From Hormiphora californensis (taxonomy: Eukaryota; Animalia; Ctenophora), in assembly GCA_020137815.1 (NCBI GenBank), contig CM035359.1, forward strand, positions 4,030,001-4,094,000: a DNA stretch of 64,000 bases. Direction: 5' to 3'. Under the pieces are notes generated by a model, which saw only the letters and a list, made by a program, of their open reading frames with translations, searched no databases and had not been told where the DNA came from. The translations under genes and the position numbers were made by a program. Positions 1 through 46,334 of this stretch are shown here, one piece after another (positions within the stretch are counted from its first letter, which is position 1; every line of letters begins with the position of its first letter).

Positions 1-26168
<26,168 letters not shown>

Positions 26169-27476
26169 CTGTTGACGGATCGCGTGACGTCATACGTGAC
26201 CTGATGAGGATCACGTGACGTCATACGTGACCCGATGAGGATCACGTGACCAGATGCGGATCACGTGACCTTTGAACACCCCGGTCCCCGGATTTTCCGT
26301 ACCACGTCGTATGTGTGTTTATTTCTTCAAAACGCTTCCAAATTCACCTCTTTTCTATCTTATTAGTATTCAAATGGTGTATGCAATATCATATTATTAT
26401 AGATGTGAGAGAGAAGGAGAGAAATAGAATGCTAGTGGATCGATGCCCATTGTTCTCTCTTTTGCTTTTTGTTGTTGTGTGTGTGTGACAATCAATTCAT
26501 GGTGATATATATTGGTTGGAAGAATTTCCAGGTTTTTGTTTTCATTTGTTGTTTGTCGTGCACACTTGTAGCAAGTTACTTTTTATGTCATATGTTGCAC
26601 ATTACTACATGCATAAATAAATATACTTATTATTAACTCTACTTACTACTTGTGTTGATCAATATTTTTCATATCTCCGATTTTCTTAAACATTTTTTCT
26701 ATATCTATGCTCCAGTCGTATCAGTTCTATATATTATATTGCGTTATAAGAAAAGACACAATAAGGGTTAGTACGAAGAGAGAAACAGAGAGGTTCGAAA
26801 GAGGTAAATTGTTATATAATGCAGGAGGTTTTGAGAGAGGTCTCTCTCTATCATACTTCTTATTTTTCCAAACTTTTTTCCGTTTGTTGTTTTTGTTGAG
26901 AAAGCCACGTAAAACAAGAGGTGCTGATCAGGATATTGAAATGGCTGGTATATTTAAAGTGGGGAAGAGTATTACTAGTTTGATCGATGATCAATCTGTT
27001 TTACTCAACTTTACTTTTATATATCTCCCACAACAGTTCAAATCCTTTGAGGTTCATCTCTGAAGTGGTTGTAATATTGTTGTTCCATCAAAAATATCCG
27101 TTTTTAACATATATATTTTCTTGTGCATCATTAAAACGTGTTATCTTGTACTATGGCTATATTATATATCGGTATATTGAGTGTGTATTTTCCTGCGTGG
27201 GGTTTCTTGTTTTAGATTACGGAATACGTGCGAGAGAGAAAGAGAGAGATTTGGTCCCGAGAAAGAGAGAGAGAGAGAAAGAGAGAAATTGAAACTTTAT
27301 ACGTGTGTTTGTTTGATAGTATCTTCTTGTTTCTTTCTCAACTCACGCCACACTCAACACTCTTACACATGTTTTATCGTCACGATTAGAAAAGCCGGTT
27401 AAAGGGGAAAAAATTAAAAAATTACAACGGAAGGTTAGCTAGAAAATAATATTTTTCTAAAGCACCATAATGCATA

Positions 27477-27562
27477 CAGTCGGACCCCAATTTATACCGG
27501 GATGCCGCGGTGAAAGGTTTTCGTCCGGTAAATCGGGGTTCTGGTAAATCGGGGTGCGACTG
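27477..27562. mobile_element. Tc1/mariner-type MITE (cagtcggaccccgattta TIR, TA target)
   Basis: ta|cagtcggacccc...ggggtgcgactg|ta; other family members at 34038-34342, 60909-61080, and degraded at ~8120-8205 and ~10215-10295. Confidence 0.8.
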
Positions 27563-29216
27563 TATTAGTTTGTATGCATCTAAATGTCGTTTTTAGTGTT
27601 CTGTTACCCTCCCGTTACCCTCCCCGAACTATATAGACAACAGATAGTAATTATTGTTTCTCGTTTAGCTTTTTGTTAATCATCTATATTTTGTGTAACC
27701 CTATATGTAAACCCCGTCTTTTTTCTCATGATTATGATAATAATGATGATAACCTTTTCTATTGTTAGCAACCTGCCTTTTATGTCTATGTATGCGTTTT
27801 TGTACTCGACCTGTTATTTTGCCTTCTTATAGGGACGTTATATATCTGCTTGAGAGAGAGAGTATGCTTTTTAGTAATCAATTAATGAAAGATAATAATT
27901 GAATATAGTTTTTTAGTTTATATAATTGTTTTTTCTCGTGTTTCCCCCCGTTTTGAACAGCAATCATTTTCTTTATTCAACGAACGTTACATTTAAATAC
28001 TTTTCGCTTCCAGTTTTTACTTTGATGGTTATTAGTAGTTCAAAAGTTTTATTAAATATATTATATAGATAGTTATGTATTTTATTAACTTATTACAAAA
28101 AAGATCTTTAACTTGAAGTTTATTTTTGTTTCAAAAAAGAGAACAAGTAGTTTTGTGAAATTTTCACCTATTTTGATACATTATACCTACAATCAAATTA
28201 GAGTGAGATTAACAAAATTACTTTATTAATATCGTTTAAGTAAGATATTATATTCAATATTGTTAAGTGTTAGACAGAGAATTAATCAACTTTAATTAGC
28301 CATGATTATAAACCTTCACTCATTACCCATATTAATTCTCGTTAGACACACTATTACATGCATCGTGTATCAAAAGTTAATTTATTAATTTATTCGAAAG
28401 TTTTGATTTAATTTTTGTCAGCATTGTTGCACTTTATTAACATCCCCTATAATTTATGAGTTTTGTTTTTTTGCTTGCTGATATAGCCCCGAATACTTTG
28501 TCCTTTCCCCTATACATCAGTTGTAAATAATTTGAAGCTTGACATACTTCCCCCCGTGTCCCCCTATACCACAAGAGCCCCTACCACTTGCCACAAAACG
28601 TTTTAATCAACTTATATACTTTATTAATCATATATACTTACTTAATTAGATACTTTTCCTATTCAAAGAAAAGTAAAAGTTATCAGTGTGTTTGTTAGTT
28701 TATCATTTTATTAACCCTACTTAATAATAAACGATAGTTATATTTCGTGCTTTAGAAAAGTATTTTATTTTCCTGCTACCTTCCGGACAAAAAAACGCTG
28801 GCTCTTGTAACAGAGTTGACAGAACTTTTCGGCACATCGCATACACACACACACACAAACATATATATATTCCCCTGAGCTGCTTCCTCGTGTATGCTGC
28901 ATTTTAACTTGATTACTGGCCCATATAGTCGGCCGATAGACGGAACATGTGTGGAGACATTAGTTGAGAAGGACAACAGCACAACATGTAGAAAATATAT
29001 ATCAATGCTCCGATGGTCTATACAAACTTTTAAAAGGCTAAAAAAATTAACAAATGAAATGAAAACCGGCTTCACAATCAGATGATTCACATGTCAAAAG
29101 AGAGAGAGTGTGTGTCAGTTTGTCTGTGTTAGAATATAATATACGAACATTGTGTTCACCAGGGTTTTTCAAATGCATTCTTATAGCGTGTTGATGTTTA
29201 TCAGTTTTCTAAAAAT

Positions 29217-29325
29217 CAGGAATCGACCGAATCAGGAAATGCTGGTCCCTGATTGGCTGATAACCAGTCACGTGACCTAAATAACGAGTTCTGATTTGTT
29301 GTTTACTTGTGTCGGTCGGTTCCTG
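29217..29325. mobile_element. 109-bp MITE
   Basis: Family TIRs; imperfect TSD ctaaaaat/ctaaaaac. Confidence 0.9.
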
Positions 29326-29827
29326 CTAAAAACCATCCTTTCCTTCTAGACGGAAAGGACCTCTATGTTTTCCAACATATTATAATATCTACTTTTTCAT
29401 ATTATATGTGTTATGTTATGCAAATGATATATATTTTTAGCCAACCTATCTACTGCTTAAAACCCGTTAAAAACCCTCAACGAAGTTTTTCAGTTTATAT
29501 ATGAAATATATTACTTTATGTTGGTATATAAAAACCTTATTAGGCTGTTTGTGTGTGTGTGTGAGTAAAATGCTTCTATATTAACATGAGTTCTGTTGTA
29601 TCGATTTTTGAGTTTTGTGCCCCCGTTCAGCATTGTTGTTTCCCATTATTCTCACTCCAATCAGCCTCTATAACAAATGTATAGAGAGACTGAGCGGATG
29701 ATGAGATAGGGTGAAACTGTATGTGCTGGACGGTAATGTGTTAGTTCCAAGTGTTTCGTCACGAAAATTGTTTTGTAATGTCACCATGTGTAATATCGAA
29801 CAGTTCAAAATGACGTTGGTACCCTGC

Positions 29828-30120
29828 TCTCTCTCTTAGTTAGAGTAACGATCTCACTTCAGCTCTCTCCTAGTAAGAGTAACGATCTCACTTCAGCTCT
29901 CTCCTAGTTAGAGTACCGATCTCACTTTAGCTCTCTCCTAGTTAGAGTAACGATCTCATTAGCCTTAAAGTAACGATCTCACTTCAGCTCTCTCCTAGTT
30001 AGAGTAACGATCTCACTTCAGCTCTCTCCTAGTTAGAGTAACGATCTCACTTCAGCTCTCTCCTAGTTAGAGTAACGATCTCACTTCAGCTCTCTCCTAG
30101 TTAGAGTAACGATCTCACTG
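29828..30120. repeat. 34-bp minisatellite (~8 copies) sharing its core with the splice-site arrays
   Basis: Unit ctctctcctagttagagtaacgatctcacttcag. Confidence 0.9.
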
Positions 30121-30452
30121 CATGTGGTACCACGTCTTGTCTCACCTAAAAGTACACTACTAGTTGTCAGACCTATTATCTTACCGCGGAAGTTGTTAGA
30201 AAATAGGAGAGAGTACAACGGCCGATGTTTTTTGCATGAGAGAGGGACGGAGTTGCATATTGCCTTGTTGAACCCTCTCTTTACTAAAGGAGGGTTAGAA
30301 CAGTTGCAGAGAGAGATCTATAGAGGTCTGTAGAGATCAGAAAACGGTAGTCGAACTGTAATGATTGTGCATGGTGTGAGTAGAGATATCTATCCAGCTA
30401 GCTTAGCTAGAAATTGTGTTCGATTGAAAATATTATGGTATGGTAACAAGTA

Positions 30453-30553
30453 CAGGAACCGACCGAATCAGGAAATACTCGTCCCTGATTGGCTGATAAC
30501 CAGTCACGTGACCTAAATAACGAGTTCTGATTGGTTGCTTCGGTCGGTTTCTG
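30453..30553. mobile_element. 109-bp MITE family copy (small internal deletion)
   Basis: caggaaccgaccgaatcagg...ttcggtcggtttctg. Confidence 0.9.
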
Positions 30554-32439
30554 GACAAGTGCTATACCCGTGTGTTATTGTTGTTGTTTTCTCCCTTTAC
30601 CACTCTCACGCTCTCACTCTCCTATATGTAATACAGATTAAAGTCCAAGTATAGATACTAACACTTCACCCCAGAGCATCGTTATACTTTCTATAGGGTC
30701 TTCCCTAACAGTAACAACCGGAATTGGAGGCACCCTAGAAAGTGTAACGATGCTCTGGGGTACGTCATGACTTACAGCCCAACAGCTGAAGTGGACGTGG
30801 TGTATCATTACACATGCTGGACCATGTATTGTTGAGGGAGGGTGCAAGAGTCGTTATAGCTAGTCAGTAATACCAAAAGCAGAGAGAGAGATAGAGAGAT
30901 ATATTGTTGTGCTAAAGGTTGTGATACCATGGTTACCAATAACACACACACACACACATCTCTCTACTGAATCGTCAGTAGGCATGATGTTCATGTGTTG
31001 TGTGACGTTGGTAACCATGGCAACAACACATTATATTGATTGATATCTATATCACTATTATACACATGCATTAAACTTAGTTTGTTTTTTCTTGTTAACA
31101 TCGCACACTATTACTACACAGTTATTAAGTGTGTTATATAAGTCCTTGTTTTGCCTTTCCTAAAGCAACGTGTTTTCATTGTACAATGGAGGCGGGGAAA
31201 GAAGCTGTCACTACCTTGGTTATTGGTAGGAAAGTTGATGAGCTGAGTGTGTAGTATCTCTACTAAAAACGGAGTGAACGGTTCAAGGTAGTTGTGGAAT
31301 ATATTGATATTCACTACCAATCAATATCAATTGTCAATGGCTTCAAGGAACGAAGACAAAATAAAATGGGTCCGGTCAGAAACGTTATACGGACAATACT
31401 GGAGAACACTCCTGACGTTGTATTGTGTTTCACATATATCAATTGTACAACTGTGTGTGTACTGTGTGTGGTCTCCTCTCTCCTAGTAGTATGTCATTAG
31501 TCATCAACAATGAAACTGGTAGCAAATTACCATCCATCCGTTTGTCCGTCCTTTTGTCGGTTTTGGCGTTCGTCTTCAGTTTGTTTGTGTGTTAGTCAGT
31601 GTGTTTGTTTGTTAGTCAGTGTGTTTGTTTGTCTGTTGTTAATGTTATCATAATGGACTTTAGTGTAGAGGGGGTTGGAGCTCCGGGAGATAATGAATAA
31701 ACATAATATGGAGTCTTTGTCCCCAACTTGCACTGCACCCGTAACAAAACTAAATATATCCAACCTTTTCTCCAAGATATATTAATTCCTTATTAGAGAA
31801 TGAATGAAACCTTATGTCCCTACGTCAATGAGAGATTAAATATCTAAATCATTAGCAGAGGATTTATCTTTCCAAGATCTTGCAAGATACGCGGGTTTCC
31901 ATATTAGATGATATTGTATTTGCCTGCCTCACTCGACCCTGTTCACCGACCCCCAAATGTAAAAAGGAGGGTTAGAACATAACAATTTTTTGCAGGATCT
32001 ATAACTCCACAGAATATGTAATGTGACGGGGTGAGGTAGACATACGGTGAGAGGTAGACACAATAGAGATGGTGTGACAGATCTAGACACACTATAACAC
32101 AGTGTCATGATTCACACACGTGACACCAAGAGAGAGAGAGGAAGGGAGTGTGTAAAAGGGATGTAGCGAAGATCAATTGTCAAAGGCTCTTAGTATGCAT
32201 CTTCATCGTGTTAGTAGGGAGAGAGAGGGTGAGCGAGAGACAGAGAGAGAATCACCGCTGATCTTTCGGAGAATGTAGATAACGATATTACGTCTTTGAA
32301 CAGAAACCAGAAAGAATTGCCAGGCGACAATTTATCTTCGTCAGTTACTTAGTTCGTTTTCATATTCCGGTAAAATTTTCATACTAAGCTAAGACCTCTG
32401 CTAAAATGGGAAGGTGATAAGGGAAATATAGGAATAATA

Positions 32440-32720
32440 CAGGGTGGACCGGAAACATGGAGCCACTTTGAGTGTCAATACAGTTCGGTGTCCGATGTAC
32501 AGTGTAATTAAAATCGTATTTTAACGGTCTCTTGACTAGAAAAAGTGTCCCCCGAAGATTGAGATCGACAGAGAGTCACCCTTTCCTAACAATTAATAAT
32601 TATCAGTGTGTCAACTGACAGGGTAACACGTTGAAATTTGGATCCGTACAATGGAGAGAGAGAAGATAATATTTTTGCAATTCTTATCTCCAACTGGCTC
32701 CATGTTTCTGACCCACCCTG
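32440..32720. mobile_element. Tc1/mariner-like MITE
   Basis: ~26-bp imperfect TIRs cagggtggaccggaaacatggagcca / tggctccatgtttctgacccaccctg; TA on the left. Confidence 0.65.
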
Positions 32721-32883
32721 GAGACAGAGAAGAAAACATGGATAATTTAAAGGGTGGTCATGGGACTCAAATCGTCTCATTCGACATCCTATCAGAGAAT
32801 TAGGGACAAATTTTATCCCCCTCGCTGAAGGTCTTCTCCTTGTTCCTTATTCTCTGTGTGCTGGATTTATCATTCTCTCTTCC

Positions 32884-32978
<95 letters not shown>

Positions 32979-33100
32979 CCTCTATTTCTCTTTCTCTATC
33001 TTCCGTTCCCTCTCCCAAACTATCGTGTCTTCCTACTCTACCAATGTCTATCTCTCCGTGACAGCCCACTCTGTCTGCCACTCCTCTCTCTCACTCTCAA

Positions 33101-33177
<77 letters not shown>

Positions 33178-33270
33178 TTATCTCTTTCTCTCTCTCCCTC
33201 TCGCCATTTCCCGCCATTACATAAACACATACACAAACAGCTCCTTTACTCCTCCCTGTCTATTCTACTA

Positions 33271-33385
<115 letters not shown>

Positions 33386-34037
33386 AAACGGAGAGCGTTT
33401 CTGAGCGTGTGGTGGTTGTGGATCATTGTGGATCATTGTGGGTTGGTCTCCAGTTTAATTTGTTTACTAATTTGGGTTGAAAAGACGACCCCATTCAATG
33501 AACACATTGTGCAGTGTGCCTCCCCTCATGTTACACACAGAACGTGTGGGGTGGGGTCTGGGTCCGCTAAGTTGCTGCTACACAGAGGAAGAAAGAGAGA
33601 GACTCCGAATGTGTGTGAGAGAATTGTAAGGGTAACTCAATCATGTCACGTGACGGCCCAGGGATGCCGCCATTTTGCCAGTGACAGGAACGCGCGGTGG
33701 AAATTTTGAGGTGGGAGGGCAGCTGTACGCACTTGAAGAGTCCTTTTCGCGCGCACGCACATCTCCGCCACGTGATTGTAGAAATGTGCTCATGGTGTTG
33801 ATCCCACAGGTGCCTCAAAGAAATGGCATGCAACTGCATGGAGTGGAACCCTGTTTAGGTAGAGATATCATCTAACACAATAGGTTCTATTCCTAGAGAA
33901 ATTGAGCGTGTTGTGTTTACTAGGGGCCACAGTCAATCCAGAACGCAAATTTGCCTTGTGTTCGAAGTTTGAACAAAACAAACGCAAATAAGAGCTCTAG
34001 ATTGTCATTTGTAATTTCACTTACTGTCCTACTATAA

Positions 34038-34342
34038 CAGTCGGACCCCGATTTACCGAGATGCTCGGGGGCCGGGGAAAGGGTACCCTAGGGTTTTACC
34101 CGGCCCTGTAATCTGTACTATATCGGGGTGAAAAACCGTTAATTCCCCATATGTATATCGGGGGAATTTAATCCTCGCAGTAAATCGGGATCAGACTGTA
34201 CAGTCGGACCCCGATTTAACGGCATCCCCGGGGGAAGGGGTTTGTCCGTTAAATCGGGCCCGATCGGGGTGCCTGCTAAATCGGTGCAAATTAATACTGT
34301 TAATTCCCTGTATCGGGTTGCCTGCTAAATCGGGTCCGACTG
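34038..34342. mobile_element. Two abutting cagtcggacccc MITEs sharing one TA
   Basis: 34038-34198, then TA at 34199-34200, then 34201-34342. Confidence 0.8.
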
Positions 34343-35161
34343 CACTTGTGTTCGCCTAGACGGTGTAGCTTAACGGTGTCTAGCCGGCATACCGTCTAGA
34401 CGGGTTTTGATAAATATTAAAATCCGCTAAAAAGTAAAAACGGCAAAACACTGCTTGAGACGGGTTTTAGACTGTCTAGACACTGTTGCTACACCCTGTC
34501 AATCTAGACGTTGTTTGCGGCAAACGAAAAGTTGCCTTGTAAAAGTCAGTCTCAACTTTTAATAAAATTTTCAGACGTGCCTCTCAACTTCGCGACGACA
34601 TCGTCTACTAGACAGTGTCTAGACAACGTCTAGATACCGTCTAGAGTCTAGACATCGTGACGGTGTCCTCTCACACAGCTCAGAGTATTTAAACATGTTT
34701 ATTCATTGAATATTTAGCGCTGTCCTTGAATAATATTCAAGGACAGCTGCTTAATATTTTTCACTAGTGACAAGGTGCAGCACCATTAGCTTTCTCTAAC
34801 TTAGGCAACATCTGTATGGCGGCGCCATACCCCATTTGATTCTCAAGTGCGCTCAGATGGGTCGCGGCGCCAGACAGGGCAACATGGAGTACTGTCTCCT
34901 TTGAGTCTAAGAAGACAGTACTCCATGTTGCCATATTGGACTATTGGAGAGTAATGATCGGTTTATCGGACAGGACTAGGTGCAGCACCATTGGTTCTCT
35001 AAGGAGACAGTGCTCTATGTTGCCATATTGGAGAGTAATGATCGGTTATAGGACAGGACAGGTCCCTCCTTTAAATAGGGCCATTAGAAATACCAATGCA
35101 ACATAATATATAACACACAGCTCAATTATATTATTCTTTGTTCAACTACAGCTACACCGCT

Positions 35162-37254
35162 ATGAAACTGATTTTGTGCACCTTTGCTCTTCTGCTCTTC
35201 GCCCTGCCAAGCGAAGCTGGTAAGTGGTAAGATCAATTTATAATTTATATATCGTCACCTTCAAGTAGAAAGGATATCTCTAAAAACATAGTTTTGAGAA
35301 AAACGCCAAATACTGATTTTGACTAACATGTATTTTGATGTAAAACCCCGTTTTTGACCTGCAATATCTCCAGAATGATCCAGAACCTCAATTTTGATGC
35401 AGTTTTTTGCATAAATAGTTGACCCATAGTGGCAAGGACTCCAAAAACGTGAACATTTAGAAAGGGTATATCTTGAGATATATACCCTTTCTACAGACGA
35501 TATAATGTGTATATTAAATATATATTAAATATATATATATACATGAGTAGGGGAGCCACAGGTAATATGGGATACCTAACAACTTTTGGCCATAATTTTT
35601 TTTCAGATGACAATAAAGTCACGCCGTCTTCATAGGTGTGTCTTATTTGGACCAAGCTAACACATTACCACCAAAACTAACCCAACGAATGCTCCATAAC
35701 GGAGATCTGGCACTATCCCATATTACCTTGAAAATTTGCAGTGGAATTTTAGTTTGGTGAAATGGGATACCCATTTTTAACGAAAATGGGATATCCCATT
35801 TTATCAAAAAATTGGTATCCCATTTTATCAAAATTATTTTTTCGTCAGAATATGGTAACTTTATTGCACTTTGCTTGGATTAAACTAGTTTGTAAAGGTA
35901 TTTAAGTTTTGTTTATTGTTAGTAAGTGGTCTGAAGACTCCCGCTATAGCCGACAGCCGTGAAATCATGAAAAGTTAGGATCAATCTACCTAATTTATTC
36001 ACCAACGGGTGGCTAAAGCCTCATTTTTACACTACTAAGTTCAACAGGAGGGGTAAAAGCGTGAACAGGTTCATTTCCTAGCGGCGTGCTACCTGTATAT
36101 AATTTCGGACAGGTCCAAAATTTAGAAATTCTCTAAAATTTGCTAAAGAATTGGGGACCAAAGAGTTGATCGTTAACACATAAATGTGGATAATATTTAG
36201 TAACTGCTAAACTAAGAAAGCTACATGGATACCAGTAACCTTTTGGTGTCTATAATAGACGATTAGATTAATGAGAATTGAATAATTATATCCATACGTG
36301 TAGTCGTATTCTGCAGTTGTCACTCGGTGCATTTTTTCAGAGAATACAATTTTTTTCGAGTTATGAACGAAAATAGGCTATGTTAGTAATCGTAACTGAG
36401 AAGTTTGCGTTTAAAATGGCCGTTTAAACAGCCAAAATTTCAGTATCCCATTTTTCAAAAACATGTTTTGGAAAAATGGGATAGTGAAAATTTGGTAAAA
36501 TGGGGTATCCCATTTCAGTAAAATAAAAGTATCCCATTATACCAAAATCATGAGTTTCTATAATTAGCTAATTATAATTAGACACGTTCATTCTGATACT
36601 CTGATCTCTTCAGGTATCGCTAATAAATATCTTGCTCATAAACTAAGCCAATCGATAATTTCTCAAAGAAACAGAGACGTGTGTACCAAATGAAAAAAGT
36701 GGCCTGAATTTTTACTTTCCTTATTTTAAGATGACGAGGGTGCTAGTGTACCATCTAAACACTTCCCACCAAGGCTATAAACGGTTTCAGAACTAATCTA
36801 AGATCACTAATAAGAGTTATTAACTATTTATGAGCCTGTAACATGGCCAATCTTTTCAAAACACCGATTTCCCATTTTACCAAATTTCCCATATTACCTG
36901 TGGCTCCCCTATACAATAAATATGTATACATTAAAATAAATATTTCTTGGGCTCACTTGAAAGAGCTCATTGCTCAATGTCCTCTTTCCAATGAGCCCAA
37001 GATTTTGCAAATTGGTCAAGAAATGGCTGAGTTATGGTCAAAAACGTGCATATCAGGTTATCATTTACCCCCCCTTTATCTCAGCAAGTGAGTGTTGTAA
37101 TGGGAGTTGCTGGAAGTGGTGTGGGAAAAAGGGGCAATGGTGCTGGCAAAGGGGCAGTCAGGCCGGGTATGCTGGATGTGACACTAACGACGACTGTAAA
37201 GATGTTAATTCCGACTGCTTTCTTTGTGGTTGGGGGGTCACAATTTGTCTATAA
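35162..37254 (+). CDS. Secreted 75-aa Cys/Trp-rich peptide (two exons)
   Basis: Exon 1 35162-35219 gives MKLILCTFALLLFALPSEA (signal-peptide-like) followed by g|gtaagt. Exon 2 37085-37254 gives ASECCNGSCWKWCGKKGQWCWQRGSQAGYAGCDTNDDCKDVNSDCFLCGWGVTICL*. The phase-1 join is in frame. TATA-like motifs at ~35071 and ~35107; AATAAA at ~37436. Confidence 0.8.
35550..36909. mobile_element. Non-autonomous TIR transposon in the peptide-gene intron
   Basis: 22-bp TIRs ggggagccacaggtaatatggg / cccatattacctgtggctcccc, TA on both flanks; no transposase ORF. Confidence 0.8.
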
Positions 37255-37576
37255 TTGATCTGTAATTGGTTTATAATTGATCTGTAATTGGTCTATAATT
37301 GGTCTGTAATCGGACATTGGTCCTATTAGACCTTCTTTATTGGACCTTTCAGGCTAAAACGCCGAGTGTGATTATTGTAGAAATATTTTGTTTTCAAAAT
37401 TTTGAGAATTGAATAGAATTTGGAATGCATTAAAAAATAAAAATACTGATCGTTTTACTTCTTCTTCTTGCCTGAGTCTGGGGAACACACTAGGGAGGGG
37501 ACTATCAAATTTATGCGATAGTCCCTAGTGAGTGTGTCGGCGAAATATCTTATAGCGATTTGGCCCGGTTCAGGGT

Positions 37577-37762
37577 TGGTGACATAGACACCGTGCGCAA
37601 CCAAGATTGAGCTCACACACATGTGCGAGCTCGATCTTGGTCGCTGCGCGACCTCGATCTCGCACGCACTAGGTGTCAATGTCACCAAATTTGGCCCGGT
37701 TCGGGGTTGGTGACACCTGGCGCGACCGAGATTGAGCTCGCGCCAGGTGTCTATGTCACCAA
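37577..37762. mobile_element. Small TTGGT-ended MITE
   Basis: TIRs ttggtgacatagacacc / ggtgtctatgtcaccaa; flanks ggttcaggg / ggttcgggg. Confidence 0.6.
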
Positions 37763-38066
37763 GGTTCGGGGAGGGCAGTCTTTCGTGAGGCAAATAGGAG
37801 AATCCTGTGTTTTGCTGAGGACATAAACAGGGTAAAACTCTACAAACACAATCTATGTACAATTTCGAGGACACTCTGTATAAACTGTAAACTCTCACTA
37901 ATTTTTGGACAAAAACACATGTTCTCTGATTCTGAATTGTTCGAGGTTTACTGTTTGTATCCCTTCTGTGTGTTTACAACGATGCACTCTCAAACACAGT
38001 TTGATACAAGAAAAGCACGAATATAAAATCTACAGTCTCTCGGTTTGCAGTTCTGAGCACCTTTAT

Positions 38067-45452
<7,386 letters not shown>

Positions 45453-45744
45453 TTTCGGTGTTCACGACCGAAAAAACAAAATTAAAAAGTTTTTTTCAAA
45501 GTCGTTTCGAATTTGAAACAAAATTTCTTCTGATTTCGCGCGCGCGTGTCTAAGAAACTGCAGCGATAGAACTTATTATTTTCGCGCGTTCCGTATTTTG
45601 CAGCGCAAACTGCAAACCTGCTGAAAGAGGCGGGATGCCGTGATGTTTCAAGAGAACCCCATCTTCTCCCAATCACTGGTTGAAAAGCGCTGCCTTATCC
45701 CGCGCTGCGCGTGGCGCCAGCAACGTTTGCCAAAATCACTGGCG

Positions 45745-46253
45745 AAACCTTCCGGCTAAAGTCAGCGAATACTGCAAATGATGCTCGCCTTGATGTTGCT
45801 GCCAGGGATTTTTGGCTTCCCATGGACAAAATTTACACAGATGTGCGCATCTTCAACCCATTGTCTCCTACAAACTGTGCCATTCCTCTTGATACAGCTC
45901 TGAAACGACACGAGGACGAGAAAAAACGCTGCTATAACGAACGTGTCCTTGAGGTTGAACAGAGTTGTTTTTGCCCACTCGTGTTTTCAGTAACTGGTGC
46001 CCTGGGCAACGAGGCAGAAAAATTCTACAGGCGCCTTGCCAAGCTGCTTGCTGACAAAACGCACCAGGCTTACTCTGACACCATCCGTTACATTAGGCAG
46101 CGGTTGTCTTTCACCCTGCTTAGAACAACTGTTATCAGCTTGAGAGGGCATAGAGGCAATAAGTTGACCAAAACGAGGCAGTATAAGAGCGAACTCAATG
46201 ACATTAACTTATTATATAATACTTTTAATTCTACCAAATTTAATCAATTTTAA
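45745..46253 (+). mobile_element. 3' fragment of a CRE-like non-LTR retrotransposon (restriction-like endonuclease domain)
   Basis: ARLDVAARDFW...DVRIFNP...RHEDEKKRCYNERVLEVE...PLVFSVTG...RLSFTLLR resembles the C-terminus of RLE-type (CRE clade) ORFs; no RT upstream. Confidence 0.75.
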
Positions 46254-46334
46254 TCAATGCAGTAATTTATTAATCTTCTCCCCCATGGGAGACCGGTATT
46301 TTCATATTGATATTGTTATCTAATACCATTTTAA

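Noticed and set aside
26200-26240. CTGATGAG hammerhead-like core in the 3' UTR
   Set aside because: No downstream GAAA or cleavage triplet with compatible stems.
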